This document shows positions 34,319 through 43,765 of a DNA stretch of 64,000 nt, one piece after another. Positions within the stretch are counted from its first letter, which is position 1. Every line of letters begins with the position of its first letter. The notes under the pieces were generated by a model. The model was given only the letters and a program-made list of their open reading frames with translations, did no database searches and was not told where the DNA came from. Origin of the DNA: Phycisphaeraceae bacterium (GTDB lineage Bacteria; Planctomycetota; Phycisphaerae; Phycisphaerales; Phycisphaeraceae); NCBI GenBank assembly GCA_965230305.1, contig OZ245998.1, positions 808,132-872,131 of the forward strand. The letters run 5' to 3'. Both the position numbers and the translations under genes were made by a program.

Positions 34319-35392
34319 TCAAGCCTCGCCGGTCAACTTACGACGCAAGTACTGTTCAGAGAAATCAATCTTTAACTCGCACCACATTGGCAGGTGATCG
34401 GACATCTGGTGCGTACGCCAGTACGTTCGATAGTACGTCCGGCTAGACGCTTCGGATTTGGCTTTACCCGACTTGGACGTGTGGTAAGACGTACCCATCT
34501 GAGGGACATACGTCGATTCGTCTTCAACTCGGTATACATGCTCAAAAAAGTTGAACACGCCCGCGCGGTGAGTCCGGGCCAAGCGGTCAGGGTGCGTTCG
34601 GAAAGCAATCTGGTCATAGTGCCTTGCCTTCTTCAACGAAGTGTTGGACGGCAAAGATTGCAGCTCCTCGGGGATCTCAAACCCCGCTTTCACCAGTTCC
34701 CCGAACGTCACATCGGTTGGATCGAAGATGTTGAAGTCGCCTAACAGAATCAGGTTCCGGCTCCACACGCTGGGGTCTTCGGTGCGCTTCTTCAGGAACC
34801 GCGCGATCTGCCGAATCTCGTTGACACGTGCCTCGGGCTCCGCCGAATCATCGCCCCAGGTGACATGCACCGTCGCCAGCATGAAACGGCTCCAGCCGGC
34901 GCGGAACCCACAAATCATCGGTGTTCGCCAGATCTGCGTAGGCGCTTGAACAGATTTATCCGGCAACTTAATGGGCGGCAAAACCAACTCCCCGCAAAGC
35001 CCGCCGAATGAAACCTTGCGCGAGTCATACAGAAAAGCCATCCGTTCATCGTTGCCTTGATCGCCTTCCGTGGCATCGGTCACCACGTACTTCCAGTTCC
35101 CACCCAGGATCGAACACACACGGTTCAATCCGTCGAGATCGCGGTACACCTCCTGCACCGCGACGAGGTCAAAGCGAGAGATGATCTCCGCGATGTAATA
35201 AATCGCTTCATTCGATCGCTTGCCGTAGGCAGGCTTATCAAAGTCACGGATGTTCCAGGTCGCCAGAAGCAGCGTTGAATCCACGGTCTTAACCGGGATC
35301 TCGCTTTCCAACGCAGTCCGAAGACGAAACAGGCCTTCGATAGTCCGTTGATCTTCTTCCCTGCTGCGATCAAGCCGATGATAGAACGGCAT
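34319..35392 (-). CDS. Endonuclease/exonuclease/phosphatase (DNase I-like, EEP) family protein
   Basis: LLLATWNIRDF, DLVAVQEV, LILLGDFN and a C-terminal SDHLPMW are the EEP catalytic motifs. No signal peptide. Visibly AT-richer than both neighbours. Confidence 0.8.
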   Translation of the reverse strand: MPFYHRLDRSREEDQRTIEGLFRLRTALESEIPVKTVDSTLLLATWNIRDFDKPAYGKRSNEAIYYIAEIISRFDLVAVQEVYRDLDGLNRVCSILGGNWKYVVTDATEGDQGNDERMAFLYDSRKVSFGGLCGELVLPPIKLPDKSVQAPTQIWRTPMICGFRAGWSRFMLATVHVTWGDDSAEPEARVNEIRQIARFLKKRTEDPSVWSRNLILLGDFNIFDPTDVTFGELVKAGFEIPEELQSLPSNTSLKKARHYDQIAFRTHPDRLARTHRAGVFNFFEHVYRVEDESTYVPQMGTSYHTSKSGKAKSEASSRTYYRTYWRTHQMSDHLPMWCELKIDFSEQYLRRKLTGEA

Positions 35393-35492
35393 GGCGACCC
35401 CCTAGTTTGATAAGATTCGTAAGGCTTCAATCTACCTCTTGAGCCCACGCGAAGGCAATCGGCCTTGCAAGACCCTCACATAGGCGTAGGCC

Positions 35493-36134
35493 GTGATCCT
35501 CCTCATCGACAACTACGACAGCTTCACCTACAACCTCGTCCAGCGCATCGGCGAACTCCTCGTCGCGCGAGGCGAAGACCCCGAGCAGTTGCCGATCCAT
35601 GTCGTCCGCAACGACAAGATCAGCGTCGACGAAGCCCGGGCCCTGAACCCGTCGCATGTCATCGTCTCCCCGGGGCCGTGCACCCCCAACGAGGCTGGCG
35701 TGTCCTGCGAGATCATCGCCGCGTTTGCCGGCCAGGTCCCGCTGTTTGGCGTCTGCCTCGGCCACCAGTCGATCGGCCAGCAATTCGGCATGACCGTCGC
35801 ACGCCACCGCAAGCTGATGCATGGCAAAACCAGCCCGATCCACCACGACGGCAAAACCATCTTCCAAGGCATGTCCAACCCTTTCACCGCCACGCGCTAC
35901 CACTCGCTTATCGTCACCGCCGACTCGTTCGACGACGATCGCTTTGAGATCAGCGCCTGGACGGACGACGACGGCGAACGCGTGATCATGGGCCTCCGCG
36001 CGAAGCCCGGCGTCTTCGGCGACGCGGCTGTCGAAGGGGTCCAGTTCCACCCCGAAAGCTTCTTGACCACCCAGGGGCCGACGCTGCTTGCGAACTTCCT
36101 CGGCCTGCCTCACCCCTCCCCTTCTCCCGCCTGA
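35493..36134 (+). CDS. Glutamine amidotransferase component II of anthranilate/aminodeoxychorismate synthase
   Basis: [17 protein letters not shown], catalytic FGVCLGHQ, and VQFHPES (class I GATase triad). Confidence 0.85.
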   Translation: MILLIDNYDSFTYNLVQRIGELLVARGEDPEQLPIHVVRNDKISVDEARALNPSHVIVSPGPCTPNEAGVSCEIIAAFAGQVPLFGVCLGHQSIGQQFGMTVARHRKLMHGKTSPIHHDGKTIFQGMSNPFTATRYHSLIVTADSFDDDRFEISAWTDDDGERVIMGLRAKPGVFGDAAVEGVQFHPESFLTTQGPTLLANFLGLPHPSPSPA

Positions 36135-36135
36135 C

Positions 36136-36999
36136 ATGCGCCCGAACTTCCTCATCATCGGCGCGCCGAAAGCGGGCACAAGCAGCCTGCACGCCTGGCT
36201 CCGCCAGCACCCGGACGTCGGCATGCCCGAGCACAAAGAGCCGAGGTTCTTCGCAATCGACGAGCTGTACGAAGGCACCGGCGAAGGGCAAGGCTGGGCC
36301 TGGTACGAATCGCTGTTTGAAGGGATGGAGCACCTCAAAGCGGTGGGCGAAGCCTCGCCGCCCTACGCGATCCGAGGGGTGTTCCCGCATGCCGCCGATC
36401 GCATCAACCAAGACCTGCCGGACGCCAGGCTGATCTACGCGATCCGCCACCCCCTGCGGCGGATCGAGTCCCACTGGGTCGAAAGCCGCAAGTCCCGGCA
36501 GGGCACGCCTGGCTTTTTGAAGTCCGTCCGCAGCTTTCCCAAGCTGCTCGACGCCACGCGGTACCACAGCCAACTCCAGGCTTACCTGGAGACGAACCCC
36601 CAGCGTCCGATCCGCGTCGTGACGCTGGAGCAGATCAAACACGACCCCCAAGCGGTGCTTCGTGGTTGCTTTGAGTTTTTGGGAGTCGACCCGGCGTTTG
36701 CCGACTCGGTCGAGCTGACCGCGCAAAACGTGTCGGCCAAGATGGCGGCAGACTCTTCGCTTTTGTCCTGGTCCCGCCGGGTCCCGCTGCTGGATCGCGT
36801 CCGGCGGCTGATCCCCAAGTCCGTGCGTCAGACGCTGCTGCCTTCAATACGCAAGCCGATCGAGACCAAGCCGATCTGGGACCGCGCCACGTGGGCGTAC
36901 GCCAAAGAACAGCTGGAAGCCGAAGTGACGGGTGTGTTGTCTTACGCCGGGCTGCCAGACGATTACTACGACTGGGACGACGTGACGTTTTCGGATTGA
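36136..36999 (+). CDS. Sulfotransferase family protein
   Basis: PAPS 5'-phosphosulfate loop FLIIGAPKAGTSSL and 3'-PB-like RHPLRRIESHW. The ATG lies 1 nt after the preceding stop. Confidence 0.75.
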   Translation: MRPNFLIIGAPKAGTSSLHAWLRQHPDVGMPEHKEPRFFAIDELYEGTGEGQGWAWYESLFEGMEHLKAVGEASPPYAIRGVFPHAADRINQDLPDARLIYAIRHPLRRIESHWVESRKSRQGTPGFLKSVRSFPKLLDATRYHSQLQAYLETNPQRPIRVVTLEQIKHDPQAVLRGCFEFLGVDPAFADSVELTAQNVSAKMAADSSLLSWSRRVPLLDRVRRLIPKSVRQTLLPSIRKPIETKPIWDRATWAYAKEQLEAEVTGVLSYAGLPDDYYDWDDVTFSD

Positions 37000-37012
37000 C
37001 CGGCTTCTTGGC

Positions 37013-38452
37013 TTAACCCAGCAGTGACAGCACCGACTGGCTGGTCGAGTTGGCGATCGCCAGGGTCGAGGTGCCCGCCTGCTGCAGGATCTGGGCTCGG
37101 GTCAACGCGGCGGTTTCTGCAGCGAAGTCGGTGTCACGGATCGAGCTCTCGCTGGCGACGAGGTTCTCCAAAGCAATCTGTGAGGACCGCAGCGTGGTCT
37201 GCAGCGTGTTCCGCTCGAACGCGCCCAGTCGGCCTCGGAGCTCGGTGATCTGGTCGATCGCCAGGTCGATGATCGCGTCGGCTTGCCTGGACTCGCCCGC
37301 CACGAGCGAGTTGTCCCCGCCGGTGGCGATCGAACTGAGGAAGCCCGTGGTCGTATCGCCCAGGTTACTGGCCGCGACCGAAGGGATGCCAAAGCCCACC
37401 TGCTGCGAGCTATTGATCTGATTGCCGATTTGATACAGCGCCCCGCCGCCGGTGATCGTAAACGTGTAGGGCGTCGCGAGGGTCTGGGCGGCGGTCTGGC
37501 TGAGTTCGAGGTTGATGTTGAGCGAGGAGTTGTTCAGCGACACATCCAGGCCGTCGCCCAAGGCGACCGAGCCGTTGACCAACGCCAGGACGTCTTCGCC
37601 GTTGTCTCGGTTGATCGCTGCGCCGGCTGGTGCATCGAACGTGCCGAAGAAGGTGCCGTCCGCCAAACGCCGGACCGAGACGAACGCGTCGGAGCCGAAG
37701 TCCGTCGAGGTCAGGTACAAGCCCGTGCCAGAGAGTGACGCGGAGACGCCGGTCGCATCGGCGGTCTGGTTAATGGCGAAGCTGACAGCCGAGAGCGCGG
37801 TAGCGGAGGCGAACTCGAAGACCTGCACGCCGTCGGTGCCTTGCACTTCAAAGGTGACCGAACTGGTCAGCGCGTTGCCGCCGTTGCCGGAGATGTAGAG
37901 CTGCGCCGTTTCCGCGGAGTTGAGGACTTCAACGGTCACCGGGATGGTGCTGTTAGTGCCGAAGTTGGCGCCGCGGATATCGACATCGACGATGTCGGTC
38001 GAGGTCACGCCGGAGGTGATGTAGTCCAGTGAGCCGTTGAGCAGCTTCAGGCCCGCAAAGCTCGTCGTGTTGGAGATGCGGGTGATGGACTCGATGGCCG
38101 AGTCAATCTGGAGCTGGTTGGCTTCGATCTCTTCCTGGGAGAAGGCGCCGGTGTTGGCGGCTTCAATCGCCAGTCCCTTGATCGAAGTCAACAGGGTGTT
38201 GATCTCCTGCAGCGCGGCTTCGGTCGTCGCGATGACGTTCGACGCTCGCTCGACGTTCTCGATCGACTGGTCGATGCCAGCGATCTCACTGCGGAGGCGC
38301 TCGGAGACGATCAGGCCGGCAGGGTCATCGGCCCCTCGGTTGATCTGCAACCCCGTCGAGAGCCGTTCCAGGCTGGTCGCCAGGTCCGTGTTGGACCGGG
38401 TGAGGTTGTTCTGAGCGATGATGGACGAAACATTGGTATTGATGCGGGTCAT
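37013..38452 (-). CDS. fliC: Flagellin
   Basis: N-terminal MTRINTNVSSIIAQNNL .. LERLSTGLQINRGADDPAGL and C-terminal TDFAAETAALTRAQILQQAGTSTLAIANSTSQSVLSLLG. I prefer ATG 38452 because AAGGAGG sits 7 nt upstream. The track TTG is at 38458. Confidence 0.9.
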   Translation of the reverse strand: MTRINTNVSSIIAQNNLTRSNTDLATSLERLSTGLQINRGADDPAGLIVSERLRSEIAGIDQSIENVERASNVIATTEAALQEINTLLTSIKGLAIEAANTGAFSQEEIEANQLQIDSAIESITRISNTTSFAGLKLLNGSLDYITSGVTSTDIVDVDIRGANFGTNSTIPVTVEVLNSAETAQLYISGNGGNALTSSVTFEVQGTDGVQVFEFASATALSAVSFAINQTADATGVSASLSGTGLYLTSTDFGSDAFVSVRRLADGTFFGTFDAPAGAAINRDNGEDVLALVNGSVALGDGLDVSLNNSSLNINLELSQTAAQTLATPYTFTITGGGALYQIGNQINSSQQVGFGIPSVAASNLGDTTTGFLSSIATGGDNSLVAGESRQADAIIDLAIDQITELRGRLGAFERNTLQTTLRSSQIALENLVASESSIRDTDFAAETAALTRAQILQQAGTSTLAIANSTSQSVLSLLG

Positions 38453-38515
38453 CGACAATCCTCCTTGATTGTCCGGTGGCCAGGCCGAGCTTCGGCCTAG
38501 GGTTTGCGAAAGCCC
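38453..38515 (-). promoter_or_regulatory. fliC leader: Shine-Dalgarno overlapping a CsrA-type AAGGA motif, an upstream GGA, and a short hairpin
   Basis: The - strand reads ..taGGCCGAagcTCGGCCtggccaccGGAcaatcAAGGAGGattgtcgATG. The palindrome aggccgagcttcggcct is at 38482..38498. GGA triplets are at about 38472..38474 and within the SD (38460..38466). Confidence 0.45.
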
Positions 38516-38815
38516 TTACTGCGCCTTCCGCCTCGGGGGGGTTTGTTCCTGGGGGTTTCTCAAACGATCTATACGGCTATGTTCACGGACGCGAACGTCA
38601 GACCCGTGGACCACTTTCAGGTCGTCCACACTCACGCGGCAGGCCTCGGCGTTTTCCGCCTTGATGGCCTCGTACACCTCTTTGCGGTGCACCTGGATCG
38701 TGCGCGGGGCCTGTATGCCCAAGCGCACCTTGTCGCCTCGGATGTCGACGACGGTGATCTCGATCTCGTCGCCGATCATGATGGTCTCGTCGCGCTGCCG
38801 GGATAAAACAAGCAT
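38516..38815 (-). CDS. csrA: Carbon storage regulator CsrA (flagellar type, extended C-terminus)
   Basis: MLVLSRQRDETIMIGDEIEITVVDIRGDKVRLGIQAPRTIQVHRKEVYEAI is the canonical CsrA core. It sits between fliW and fliC. Start taken at MLVLSR (track ORF extends to 38845). Confidence 0.9.
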   Translation of the reverse strand: MLVLSRQRDETIMIGDEIEITVVDIRGDKVRLGIQAPRTIQVHRKEVYEAIKAENAEACRVSVDDLKVVHGSDVRVREHSRIDRLRNPQEQTPPRRKAQ

Positions 38816-38950
38816 GCAACCGGCTCCTTCCTTAGAGCCCTTCAAGGTCCCGGCCCAAAACGCCGGGGTCAGTTCAACGTGCGATCCTTCGCACTGGTGT
38901 TTTCTTCTTCATGCACCCGGGCCCGATGCCCGAGCGGCCGACGATGCCGC

Positions 38951-39400
38951 TTACGCGCTCGCCGCTTGAACCTGGGGCGCCCCGACTTCGATCAAAGGCA
39001 CCCGGGTCGTGAAGCGACGGTCCGACAGCACCAACTGCACCGCTACACGGTCCTTCACGTTCACTACCAGCGGCCCCTGCAGATTGCCGGTCAGCTGCTG
39101 GCCGCTCTTGTTCACAATCACAAATACCTGAGCCTCTTCGACCGCCTGCATGCCCAGCTCGTGCATCTGCTCGGGCTTCATCGGCACCTTGTAGGTCGAC
39201 ACAAACAAGCTCGGGTCGGTGACCACGAACGCCAGGTCCGGCAACTCGACCGACTGCAGCCACCAGAAGTAGCTGTCCTCGCCGGACTCCAGCAGCACGA
39301 ACTGCGTGTAACGCGGGAAGCCCAACAAACCCTTTGGGAACGTGATGACACGGTCCGCCTGGACTTCCACTTCTCCGAATCGGGTCGTCTGAATCTGCAT
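38951..39400 (-). CDS. fliW: Flagellar assembly factor FliW
   Basis: MQIQTTRFGEVEVQADRVITFPKGLLGFP .. FVLLE .. FWWLQSV .. LAFVVTDP .. NLQGPLVVN is the FliW pattern. Start taken at MQIQ (track ORF extends to 39469). Confidence 0.85.
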   Translation of the reverse strand: MQIQTTRFGEVEVQADRVITFPKGLLGFPRYTQFVLLESGEDSYFWWLQSVELPDLAFVVTDPSLFVSTYKVPMKPEQMHELGMQAVEEAQVFVIVNKSGQQLTGNLQGPLVVNVKDRVAVQLVLSDRRFTTRVPLIEVGAPQVQAASA

Positions 39401-39549
39401 GACGATTGCCCTTAGTTTCGGCCGTTGTCGTTTCAGGCTCCGGGCCGCTCCTCCGCGGTCCGTCGGCATCCTGCCGTGCCTTGCATCTTTACCGGGTGGC
39501 CGTCCTGGCCCGTGTAAAGACGCGATGATTGCGCTCCGTTGCGCAAGGA

Positions 39550-41505
39550 TTACCTCAAGAAATCCAGCAAACTCAGCTGGAAAGATCGCGCTCCGGTTTG
39601 CAAAGTCGCCTGCAGTTGCTGCTGGAGAAGCGTGAAACGCGAAATGACCTCCGTCAGGTCCGCGTCCTGCACTTCGCTCAACAACGTTTGCTCGACTTGC
39701 TGCACCGAAAGGCTCCTGTCGATTCGTTCCTGGGCCGATCGGGCTTGGCCGCCCACAATCGCCCGTGCCTGAGTCAACGCGCTCAGGTCGTTTTCCATCT
39801 TTTCCCCAGCAACGGTGATGCCAATCTCGTCGTTATTTCTCAAAGCCGCTGCAAGTTCTTGTAAATGTGTAAACGCCGACTCGACGCGCACCTTGGTCTG
39901 GTCGCCCGAATCGATCGTCGCACCCGCGCCGGCATTGAAGACCAGACCCAGATGCGTCGCCGCCAGTGAGGTGTCCAGGTTCACGACTTCAAAGTCGTTG
40001 CCCCCGGCGGTGTTGTCCGTCAGCACCAGCCCGTTGCCGACCGCTGGGAAGCCCACATCAAATTCCACACCCAGCGTCAGGCCCGCACCGGTCGCCGCGG
40101 CACCGACCGCCGTGACCACCTCCCCCACCGTGTTCAGCCCGTCCAGGTTCACCGCAAACGTCGTCCCGTCGTGCAGCCGCACCTCGAAGTCATCCGACCC
40201 TTGCAGCGTCTCGACGCCTAGGCCATCCCGGTAATCGTTCAAAGAGGTCGGGTTGCCCAGCGTGCGGATGCCAAGGTCCGTCGCGGTGGTACCGCCGTTC
40301 TCGCCGACGGAGAGCTTGATCCCCGACACCTCGGAGACCACATCCAACCCCGTGCCATCCGTGTTGATCTCTAGCCGCACACCCAGGTCCAGGGACTCGA
40401 CTTCGTTCAGCACATCCTCGATCGTGACCGCCGCCGTGAAGTCCGCGTTCTTGGTCACCGTGCCCTGCGTGATCACCAAACCCGAAGCAAAATCCACCGC
40501 CGTCCCCAGGCTCGCCAGCGTGGTCTGCTTCGTGATGTTGACGCCGACATCACCGCCGACCGTCGGCACGCCCCCGGTCGAGCTGATACCCAAGCCCAAC
40601 GACGCCGCGGTCTGCCCGGTCTGCGTGTCGTTGATCGCCACCGTGTTGCCGCCGACCCCGGTCAGCGTGAACCCGTCTGCCGAGACCGCCAAGGCCCCTG
40701 CGCCGACCGCCACCGAATCAATCGCATCATTCACCCGGTCCACCACATCGCCCAGCGTGTCCGCGTCCGCCAGGCTCACGATGACCTCCGTGCCGTTGAC
40801 CACGACCGACAGGTCACCCCGGTTGACCCCTTCGGCGGTAGCGCCGTCCAGCGTGCTCAGCCGCGTTGCTGCGGTCGCGCTGGGCTGCAGGTCGACCTGT
40901 GTTTTCACCCGGCTGGACAACGCCCCGAACGCCGCCAACCCGTTGGACACCAGATCACTGGTCTGGCCATTGCCACCGGTCAACCCCTGCAGGTTTTCCG
41001 AGCCACCCAGGTACCTCACCCCGCCGAGGAACGGCTCAAACACCACGCCTTCCGGTGCCGCGCCGTTGTTGCCGCCGAACAGCGACAGGTCCAGGCTCTG
41101 CTGATTCGCCAACTCGATCAGGCTTTCCAACACCGAATCGATCACGACCGCCTGGGCCGCGCGCGTATCCTGATCGGACCCAATCCCGATCTGGCTCAAC
41201 GCCGTCGTCTTGGCCTCGAGCAACAAGTCATTGGACTGGCCCAGCACCTCATCAATCTGATTCAGCGTGCCCAGCGAATACTCCAGGTTCAGGACATACC
41301 GCCCGCGCGCCGCCAGCGACTGCTCCAATCCGAGGATCGACGACACCACCGCCGGGTTGTCGCCCGGCCGGGTGTAGCGGAGCCCGGTGCTGATCTGATT
41401 CTGCGCCTGCGCGAGTTCATCCTGCGTGCGGCGTGTGCTCGCCGTCAGCCGGTCCAAGACCGTCTGCTGGCTGATGCGTCCGATGCCGGTGTTGATGCTG
41501 GACAT
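39550..41505 (-). CDS. flgL: Flagellar hook-associated protein 3 FlgL (long variant)
   Basis: Flagellin-like N-terminus (ISTGLRYTRPGDNPAVVSSILGLEQSL) and C-terminus (DADLTEVISRFTLLQQQLQATLQTGARSFQLSLLDFL). Sits after flgK. Large Thr/Gly/Val-rich central region. Confidence 0.8.
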   Translation of the reverse strand: MSSINTGIGRISQQTVLDRLTASTRRTQDELAQAQNQISTGLRYTRPGDNPAVVSSILGLEQSLAARGRYVLNLEYSLGTLNQIDEVLGQSNDLLLEAKTTALSQIGIGSDQDTRAAQAVVIDSVLESLIELANQQSLDLSLFGGNNGAAPEGVVFEPFLGGVRYLGGSENLQGLTGGNGQTSDLVSNGLAAFGALSSRVKTQVDLQPSATAATRLSTLDGATAEGVNRGDLSVVVNGTEVIVSLADADTLGDVVDRVNDAIDSVAVGAGALAVSADGFTLTGVGGNTVAINDTQTGQTAASLGLGISSTGGVPTVGGDVGVNITKQTTLASLGTAVDFASGLVITQGTVTKNADFTAAVTIEDVLNEVESLDLGVRLEINTDGTGLDVVSEVSGIKLSVGENGGTTATDLGIRTLGNPTSLNDYRDGLGVETLQGSDDFEVRLHDGTTFAVNLDGLNTVGEVVTAVGAAATGAGLTLGVEFDVGFPAVGNGLVLTDNTAGGNDFEVVNLDTSLAATHLGLVFNAGAGATIDSGDQTKVRVESAFTHLQELAAALRNNDEIGITVAGEKMENDLSALTQARAIVGGQARSAQERIDRSLSVQQVEQTLLSEVQDADLTEVISRFTLLQQQLQATLQTGARSFQLSLLDFLR

Positions 41506-41523
41506 AGAGCTACACGTTCAGGG

Positions 41524-43230
41524 TTAGATGATGTTCAAGAGGGTCTGCATTAACTCGTCCACCACGCTGATGAACTGAGCCGACGCCTGGTAAGCTCGCT
41601 GATACCGCAACAGGTCGATCGCCTCTTCGTCGGTGTTGACGCCTGAGACCGCCTGCTGCTGTGCGATCAGGTTGTCTTGCACGATCTGGTCGGCCTCGTT
41701 GGCTTCCCGCGCCTGCGCGGTTTGCACCGCGAGGTCCTCGACATGCCGGTTCCAGAACGCCGTGAGGCTTAAGCCGTTCAGCGAATCGAACCCCGTCTCA
41801 CGCAGGCCCGCGATCGCCAGAGCGCTGCGGTTATCGCCGTCGAGATGCTCCAACGCCGCCGCGATCGCCCGCGGGTCGTTGACGACCACATCGTTGACCG
41901 CGATGTCAAAAGCGTTTTCGCCGGTAAACACCGTGTTGATCCCAAGCCCCGCCAGCACGCCGGACGTGTCGTTGGCAAAGCTGATCTGGAAATCGCTGTT
42001 ATCCGACACCACCTCCAGCCGGCCGTTGGGCAGAACCGTCGCGGTCACACCCGTCACCGCCGACAAGCTCGTCGCCAGATCATCCAGCGTCGTGTCCGTC
42101 GCCGGGTTGATGCCGTCCAGGTCAATGTCGATCACATCCGTTGTACGGATACCCGTTGAAGTCTGCGTCAGGTGCAGCTCGAACGACCCGTTGTTGACCG
42201 TAAAAGGCAGCTCCGTCGCCGCATCGTTCAACGGCACCGTCGAGTCCGCCACCACGTACGAACTCGTCACCGAATCAAAACCAATCAGCCCCTGCCCCTG
42301 CGAGTGCACCCGGTTGACCTGGTAGATCAACTCCCCGGCAAACTGATCCAGCGTGCCGATCAACCCATCGATGTCGTTGTCATGGAACGCAATCAGCGCC
42401 CCGATCTCGCCCGACCGGGGCGTTAAAGGCGACCCGTCTGCCGTCACTTCCAGTTGCAGCGTCGGAACCCCGTCGACCGCGCCCTCATCGATCTGCACGC
42501 CCCGGGATCGGCCATTCAGAAGTATCGGCGTCGAGCCCACAAACACATCGACGACCCCCGATTCACGCTCGATCGTCGAGATGTCCAGGTACTGCGCCAG
42601 CTCGCCCAACGCCAGATCGCGCTGGTCCCGCAAGCCGCTGGCGTTAAACGCGCCACGCTCCTGCAGCAGGATCTCCTGGTTCACGTCCTCGATCCGGACC
42701 AGCAAATCATCGATCGAGCGGGCGACCCCCAGGATCGTCTCCTTGGTTTGCTGACGCAGGTCGGTGTACTGCCCGCGGACATCCTGCAGGTAGTCCGACA
42801 GGGTCTGCGACTCCTGGATCGCCAGCGTGCGCTGCGACAGGTCCTGCGGGTTGTTCGCCAGCAGCGACCAGGCATCGAAGAACTCACCCAGCCGCGAAGA
42901 CAGGTCGATGTCGGTGAACTCGTTCTGGATCGCCTCGACCTGCGTGAGCAGTTGGAAAGACGCATCGCTCTGAGCCGAGTCACTGATCGAGCCACGCAGC
43001 CGGGCTTCCAGCGCCTCGTTGACTTGACGGGTGATCCCCGAAAGCTCGACGCCCCGGCCGACGAACACGCCGTTGCGGATCTCCTGCGGCCGGGCGTTGG
43101 CCAGCTCGACGCGCTGGCGGTGATAGCCGGGCGTGGCGATATTGGCCAGGTTGCTGCCGGCGACCTCGATCGCCGTGCGGTGCGTCAACAGGCCGGATCG
43201 TCCAATAGTTAAACCGCCGCCTAGCGCCAC
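41524..43230 (-). CDS. flgK: Flagellar hook-associated protein 1 FlgK
   Basis: N-terminus GLTIGRSGLLTHRTAIEVAGSNLANIATPGYHRQ and C-terminus VSGVNTDEEAIDLLRYQRAYQASAQFISVVDELMQTLLNI. Confidence 0.85.
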   Translation of the reverse strand: MALGGGLTIGRSGLLTHRTAIEVAGSNLANIATPGYHRQRVELANARPQEIRNGVFVGRGVELSGITRQVNEALEARLRGSISDSAQSDASFQLLTQVEAIQNEFTDIDLSSRLGEFFDAWSLLANNPQDLSQRTLAIQESQTLSDYLQDVRGQYTDLRQQTKETILGVARSIDDLLVRIEDVNQEILLQERGAFNASGLRDQRDLALGELAQYLDISTIERESGVVDVFVGSTPILLNGRSRGVQIDEGAVDGVPTLQLEVTADGSPLTPRSGEIGALIAFHDNDIDGLIGTLDQFAGELIYQVNRVHSQGQGLIGFDSVTSSYVVADSTVPLNDAATELPFTVNNGSFELHLTQTSTGIRTTDVIDIDLDGINPATDTTLDDLATSLSAVTGVTATVLPNGRLEVVSDNSDFQISFANDTSGVLAGLGINTVFTGENAFDIAVNDVVVNDPRAIAAALEHLDGDNRSALAIAGLRETGFDSLNGLSLTAFWNRHVEDLAVQTAQAREANEADQIVQDNLIAQQQAVSGVNTDEEAIDLLRYQRAYQASAQFISVVDELMQTLLNII

Positions 43231-43240
43231 GCCCTGCTCC

Positions 43241-43765
43241 TTACGCCGTCAGGCTCATGGTGCTCATCGTCGCACCGCTCGGCGGGGCCGTCTCACCCCG
43301 CCGGCCGTACGCCGCGCCCTGCTGCCCCATGGACAGCACGTTGTTCGCCAGCCCCTGCATATGCCGCACCAGCGCCGCCGTCGCCCGCCGCGACACCCGT
43401 GTCTCGGCCTGCACCGACGCCACCCGTTCACGCAGCCGCTCACGCAGCACCAGAAGCCGCCCGCGGTGCGGTTCGTTCAACCGCTCTGCCAACCCCAGCA
43501 GCCGCATCGGCACCTTCGCCTGCGGGTTCACCAGCTGCGTCAGCGACGCGACCTGCTTCAGCCGCTGCTTCTCCAGCTCCGTGATCACCTGCACCCACTC
43601 GTGCTCCGATCGGCAAAGCGACATCACCGCGTCCGTTCGGCCCTCCACCAGCGCCCGGCGTTTCTGCTTGACCAGCTCTTCCAGCCGCTCATGCGCCTCG
43701 ATCTGCTTGGTCAGCACGCCGACCAACGACGAGATATCCTGATGTAACCGCTCACGCATCGACAT
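43241..43765 (-). CDS. FlgN-like flagellar chaperone (tentative)
   Basis: 174 aa, helical. Sits immediately upstream of flgK, as flgN does in many operons. The sequence resemblance is weak (LVGVLTKQIEAHERLEELVKQKRRALVEG). Confidence 0.45.
   Translation of the reverse strand: MSMRERLHQDISSLVGVLTKQIEAHERLEELVKQKRRALVEGRTDAVMSLCRSEHEWVQVITELEKQRLKQVASLTQLVNPQAKVPMRLLGLAERLNEPHRGRLLVLRERLRERVASVQAETRVSRRATAALVRHMQGLANNVLSMGQQGAAYGRRGETAPPSGATMSTMSLTA

Noticed and set aside
38535-38541. G7 homopolymer (C7 on the coding strand) in the csrA C-terminal tail, as a possible slipped-strand switch.
   Set aside because: Short G/C runs are expected in high-GC DNA. A slip would affect only the non-conserved tail. 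There is no evidence of variability from a single sequence.
38570-38577. Sigma-28-like -10 element (- strand GCCGTATA versus consensus GCCGATAA) inside the 3' end of csrA, about 118 nt upstream of the fliC ATG.
   Set aside because: No TAAA-like -35 at the expected 15-nt spacing (the sequence there is GTTC). A 6/8 match alone is not convincing, and the consensus may not apply to this lineage.
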